A DNA stretch of 27,130 nucleotides. It comes from a virus. Taxonomy: Duplodnaviria; Caudoviricetes. Made by a program: the position numbers and the translations under genes. Shown here piece after piece: positions 24,456-27,130 of the stretch. The stretch is from positions 1-27,130 of the IMG/VR virus record IMGVR_UViG_3300032233_000937. One strand, given 5' to 3'. The notes beneath the pieces were generated by a model. That model was not told where the DNA came from. It worked only from the letters and a program-made list of their open reading frames with translations, and ran no database searches. The first letter of the stretch is position 1, and each line of letters starts with the position of its first letter.

Positions 24456-27130
24456 GTCCACATCTAATTATTTTATTGATACAAGAAAATATCATAAGTC
24501 TAATTATGATGATGCACTGAGGCACGTTATCCCTTCAATCTATTTTGAAGAGGATGAGAAATTAGTATCAGATGCTACGGTTGATATCCTTGATCAAGTA
24601 ATAAATTCACATCTAAATATAATCAATAATTTTAGTTCAATAATTAATATATCTTTAAATTATTTAACAACTACACAATACAGTTCAATAAATACGCCAT
24701 CAGGTATTGCTAACTTCTTTATCAAGCAAAATAATTTAACCAATATTGAACCTATAGATTTTGAAAGAAATATACTGAATAATTTATCTGGTGATTCTTT
24801 TGATGGGTATTCACTTAGAGACTTTGAAACTAGTGCAGAGTTCTCATACTTTGTAAGCAATACACTGTTACCGGGGATCAGATTAAACAATCCAACACTA
24901 CACTTTGGTAACTTAAACAGTGATGATGACCGAGCAGAATATTTAATTCAAACTCTATCTTGGTTATATTTCTTAAACCTTAGTGGATCTCCAACTTACA
25001 ACTCTTCGGCTTATGTTCATGATTTACTAGTAGGAACATTATATCAAGGTAAACCGATACTACTCAATGATGCCATGAAGGGTCTTACTGAGTATGTCTG
25101 GAGAAACTATAACAGTAATCCATCATGGGCTTCCAAAGGATTCTTACCTGTAGGGTTTACTCCACCACTCAATAACAATAATCAATATACTAGTGGAATT
25201 CAGCAATTAGATAAGCTAAAGACCCTGATAGATATAGTTTACTCCCCTGCGTTCATGGATCGTGGGGATACTAAGGTCGCAGATGCCATAGATGATTTAT
25301 TAACTAACGGATATTACTTGCGCGACACTAGGAAGGAAGGTCCGTTTACTAGGCTAATAAAAGCATTCTCATTTGGATTCTCAGATTACAATAGTGATGC
25401 TGATAAGTTAGCTGTATTGTATGACGTTAATCAATGCCCACCAGAGTATCTAAAATATTTAGCAGAGCTTATAGGGTGGAAGCTATTTGGATCAGATCCA
25501 GACAAGTGGAGACTTCAAATAGTAAACGCAATAGAAGTTTACAAAAGGGTTGGAACTAAACAGTCTATTCAATATGCAATCAACAGCGTATTCAATCAAG
25601 ATAGCTTTGATGTAAGCTCTAGAATTTCGGAGCTATGGGAATCGTATGTTCCATTCTTGATGTATTACGCTCTGGCTACAGAATCAAAGATGCTATCTAG
25701 CTTTGATTCCTGGACGAGAGATATTGCTAATAAGCTGAAGGTAAGTCATTACAATATCAGTAGCATGGATGAGAATGTTAAACTGGTCGTAGATCAAATA
25801 CTTTACGAACTAGCTCTAGAGTTCTCTTCAAACTTTATTATTGCAAATAATGAAGCCTACTTAGATCCTAATAGTTTTATAGGTAATTACAGTAAATTCC
25901 CAATAGGGACTTCTTCATTCGTATTTAACTACAGAGGTAGGACGTTCCCGGTCCCACCGTTTGAAGAATACCCATACTATGTAAATACCATATTAACAAA
26001 TGATTTAATAAATTCAATAGGTGACAAGCTTGTTTGCTTTGGTGTTACAAATGAGTTTGCAAACAAGGTAACTGACTACATAAGGCAGAATACTGTATTT
26101 GCCCAAGATGATATTAGATTTGATAACAAGTTCTTAATATTTACTTCTGCAGCCCAATACCCACCAAACTGGGATGAAGTCATATTAGACATATCAAATA
26201 AAAAGGTTGAATACCTACCTTTGTGGAGCAGCAAGTCATCTCACTTTAGAATAGAGTTCAATGCTAATGAATTTGATTTTACCAAGAATTCGCAGGATAT
26301 AGACTCTAGAGAAGCTCTCGGTATAGTCTCGGATATAGTAAAGGACTTTGTTCCTGCTCACGCTATACCTCAGATAAACGCTGACATTAGCGGAGCAGAC
26401 GTTGATAAATTCTCAAATGTAGTATTCCCTTATTTGAATTATGATAGCTTGGACTTTGATCAAATATTGACTACTCCAAGTGCTGCTATTGCTGGTTATG
26501 CATCATCAGCTTTGGCTATGTCTACTTACAAGAGAGGTCTAACTCCTTCAAGCACTCCAACGTTCTCTAGATGGAACGTGGATTCGCTAATTGATCCTCT
26601 TGTAAATTATTCTGGGACGACGGCATCATTACCTAGAAGAAATCACAGAAGAAGAAACTTAAAGTTTATATTACCTAAGATTGGTTATTATGATCGCACT
26701 GGGTTCAACATGCCCGTTACAATGGATGTTTCAACTCCAGAAAGATCTCTAACTTCATCATTAGGGTTCTTGCCACTAGGCTTAATACCTTCGTCACAAC
26801 AATACGTTCCAATTCCTGATTACAACAACATTCATCCAATATATGATCGTTGTGAAAACTTAGATTCAAGCCATTATTTTTCTGGGCTATGGGTAAGTAA
26901 TACATTCCCGTGTAGAGGGTGGAGACGGGTAGAATCGAATGCTAAATACCCAGAAAAAGGTAGTAGGCCAGATTACTATCACGATCTAGGTCAACTACAT
27001 CCTTATATAGCAACTCTACACGCAATTAAAGAGAAAGCTAAAATCTGTGAAGCTTCATCGTATTATTACAGTAATAATTTAGATTACTTATATCAGAATG
27101 GTTATTGGAAAAATGTATTAGGGAGTTATG
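24448..27130 (+). CDS. Large baseplate wedge protein with a P2 gpI / T4 gp7-like core, 3'-truncated (>894 aa)
   Basis: ATG 24448 overlaps the gp6 end; MSKSTSNYFIDTRKYHKSNY...; no stop found up to the window edge; LYDVNQCPPEYLKYLAELIGWKL..WRLQIVNAIEVYKRVGTKQSIQYAI (about 25417-25581) and later KDFVPAHA. Not in the ORF track. Confidence 0.8.
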   Translation, partial: MSKSTSNYFIDTRKYHKSNYDDALRHVIPSIYFEEDEKLVSDATVDILDQVINSHLNIINNFSSIINISLNYLTTTQYSSINTPSGIANFFIKQNNLTNIEPIDFERNILNNLSGDSFDGYSLRDFETSAEFSYFVSNTLLPGIRLNNPTLHFGNLNSDDDRAEYLIQTLSWLYFLNLSGSPTYNSSAYVHDLLVGTLYQGKPILLNDAMKGLTEYVWRNYNSNPSWASKGFLPVGFTPPLNNNNQYTSGIQQLDKLKTLIDIVYSPAFMDRGDTKVADAIDDLLTNGYYLRDTRKEGPFTRLIKAFSFGFSDYNSDADKLAVLYDVNQCPPEYLKYLAELIGWKLFGSDPDKWRLQIVNAIEVYKRVGTKQSIQYAINSVFNQDSFDVSSRISELWESYVPFLMYYALATESKMLSSFDSWTRDIANKLKVSHYNISSMDENVKLVVDQILYELALEFSSNFIIANNEAYLDPNSFIGNYSKFPIGTSSFVFNYRGRTFPVPPFEEYPYYVNTILTNDLINSIGDKLVCFGVTNEFANKVTDYIRQNTVFAQDDIRFDNKFLIFTSAAQYPPNWDEVILDISNKKVEYLPLWSSKSSHFRIEFNANEFDFTKNSQDIDSREALGIVSDIVKDFVPAHAIPQINADISGADVDKFSNVVFPYLNYDSLDFDQILTTPSAAIAGYASSALAMSTYKRGLTPSSTPTFSRWNVDSLIDPLVNYSGTTASLPRRNHRRRNLKFILPKIGYYDRTGFNMPVTMDVSTPERSLTSSLGFLPLGLIPSSQQYVPIPDYNNIHPIYDRCENLDSSHYFSGLWVSNTFPCRGWRRVESNAKYPEKGSRPDYYHDLGQLHPYIATLHAIKEKAKICEASSYYYSNNLDYLYQNGYWKNVLGSY

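Noticed and set aside
976-26905. Short nested or antisense ORFs (976-1209, 2946-3164, 3473-3715, 5338-5532, 5622-5819, 6301-6561, 8828-9037, 11928-12227, 12578-12763, 13737-14003, 16824-17039, 19278-19475, 23108-23374, 24074-24289, 24660-24890, 26717-26905)
   Set aside because: All lie within longer, motif-supported genes and show no recognisable motifs.
1-27130. Stop-codon reassignment as in some large phages
   Set aside because: Code 11 gives near-complete coding density, and TAA, TAG and TGA all end genes at sensible positions.
11950-27130. Bacterial eCIS, tailocin or T6SS locus
   Set aside because: Interleaved primase, UvsW-like helicase and nuclease, plus T4-type gp6, gp26 and gp53 features and no host genes, indicate a phage genome.

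Overview
AT-rich, almost fully coding segment of a large lytic myovirus (T4-like/jumbo-type contractile tail, standard genetic code). Left (1-5842): a 5'-truncated collagen-like fibre gene, a small conserved virion protein and three tandem glycine-rich paralogues. Middle (5839-11960): strand-alternating, overlapping genes for a UvsW-like SF2 helicase plus a 75-aa partner, a T4 gp26-like tail/hub chaperone followed by a start-less -1-frame ORF behind a slippery sequence (likely programmed frameshift, missed by the ORF track), a DnaG-type primase and a four-cysteine Cas4/AddB-like PD-(D/E)XK nuclease whose start codons overlap in a single CATG. Right (11950-27130): a tightly packed baseplate operon (tape measure, tube-initiator-like, gp53/LysM-like, hub, gp5-like spike, a large LamG protein, gp25, gp6 and a 3'-truncated gpI/gp7-like wedge protein missed by the ORF track). 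No tRNA, rRNA, CRISPR array, integrase or transposase was seen. All family calls come from motif recognition and synteny; no database search was run.
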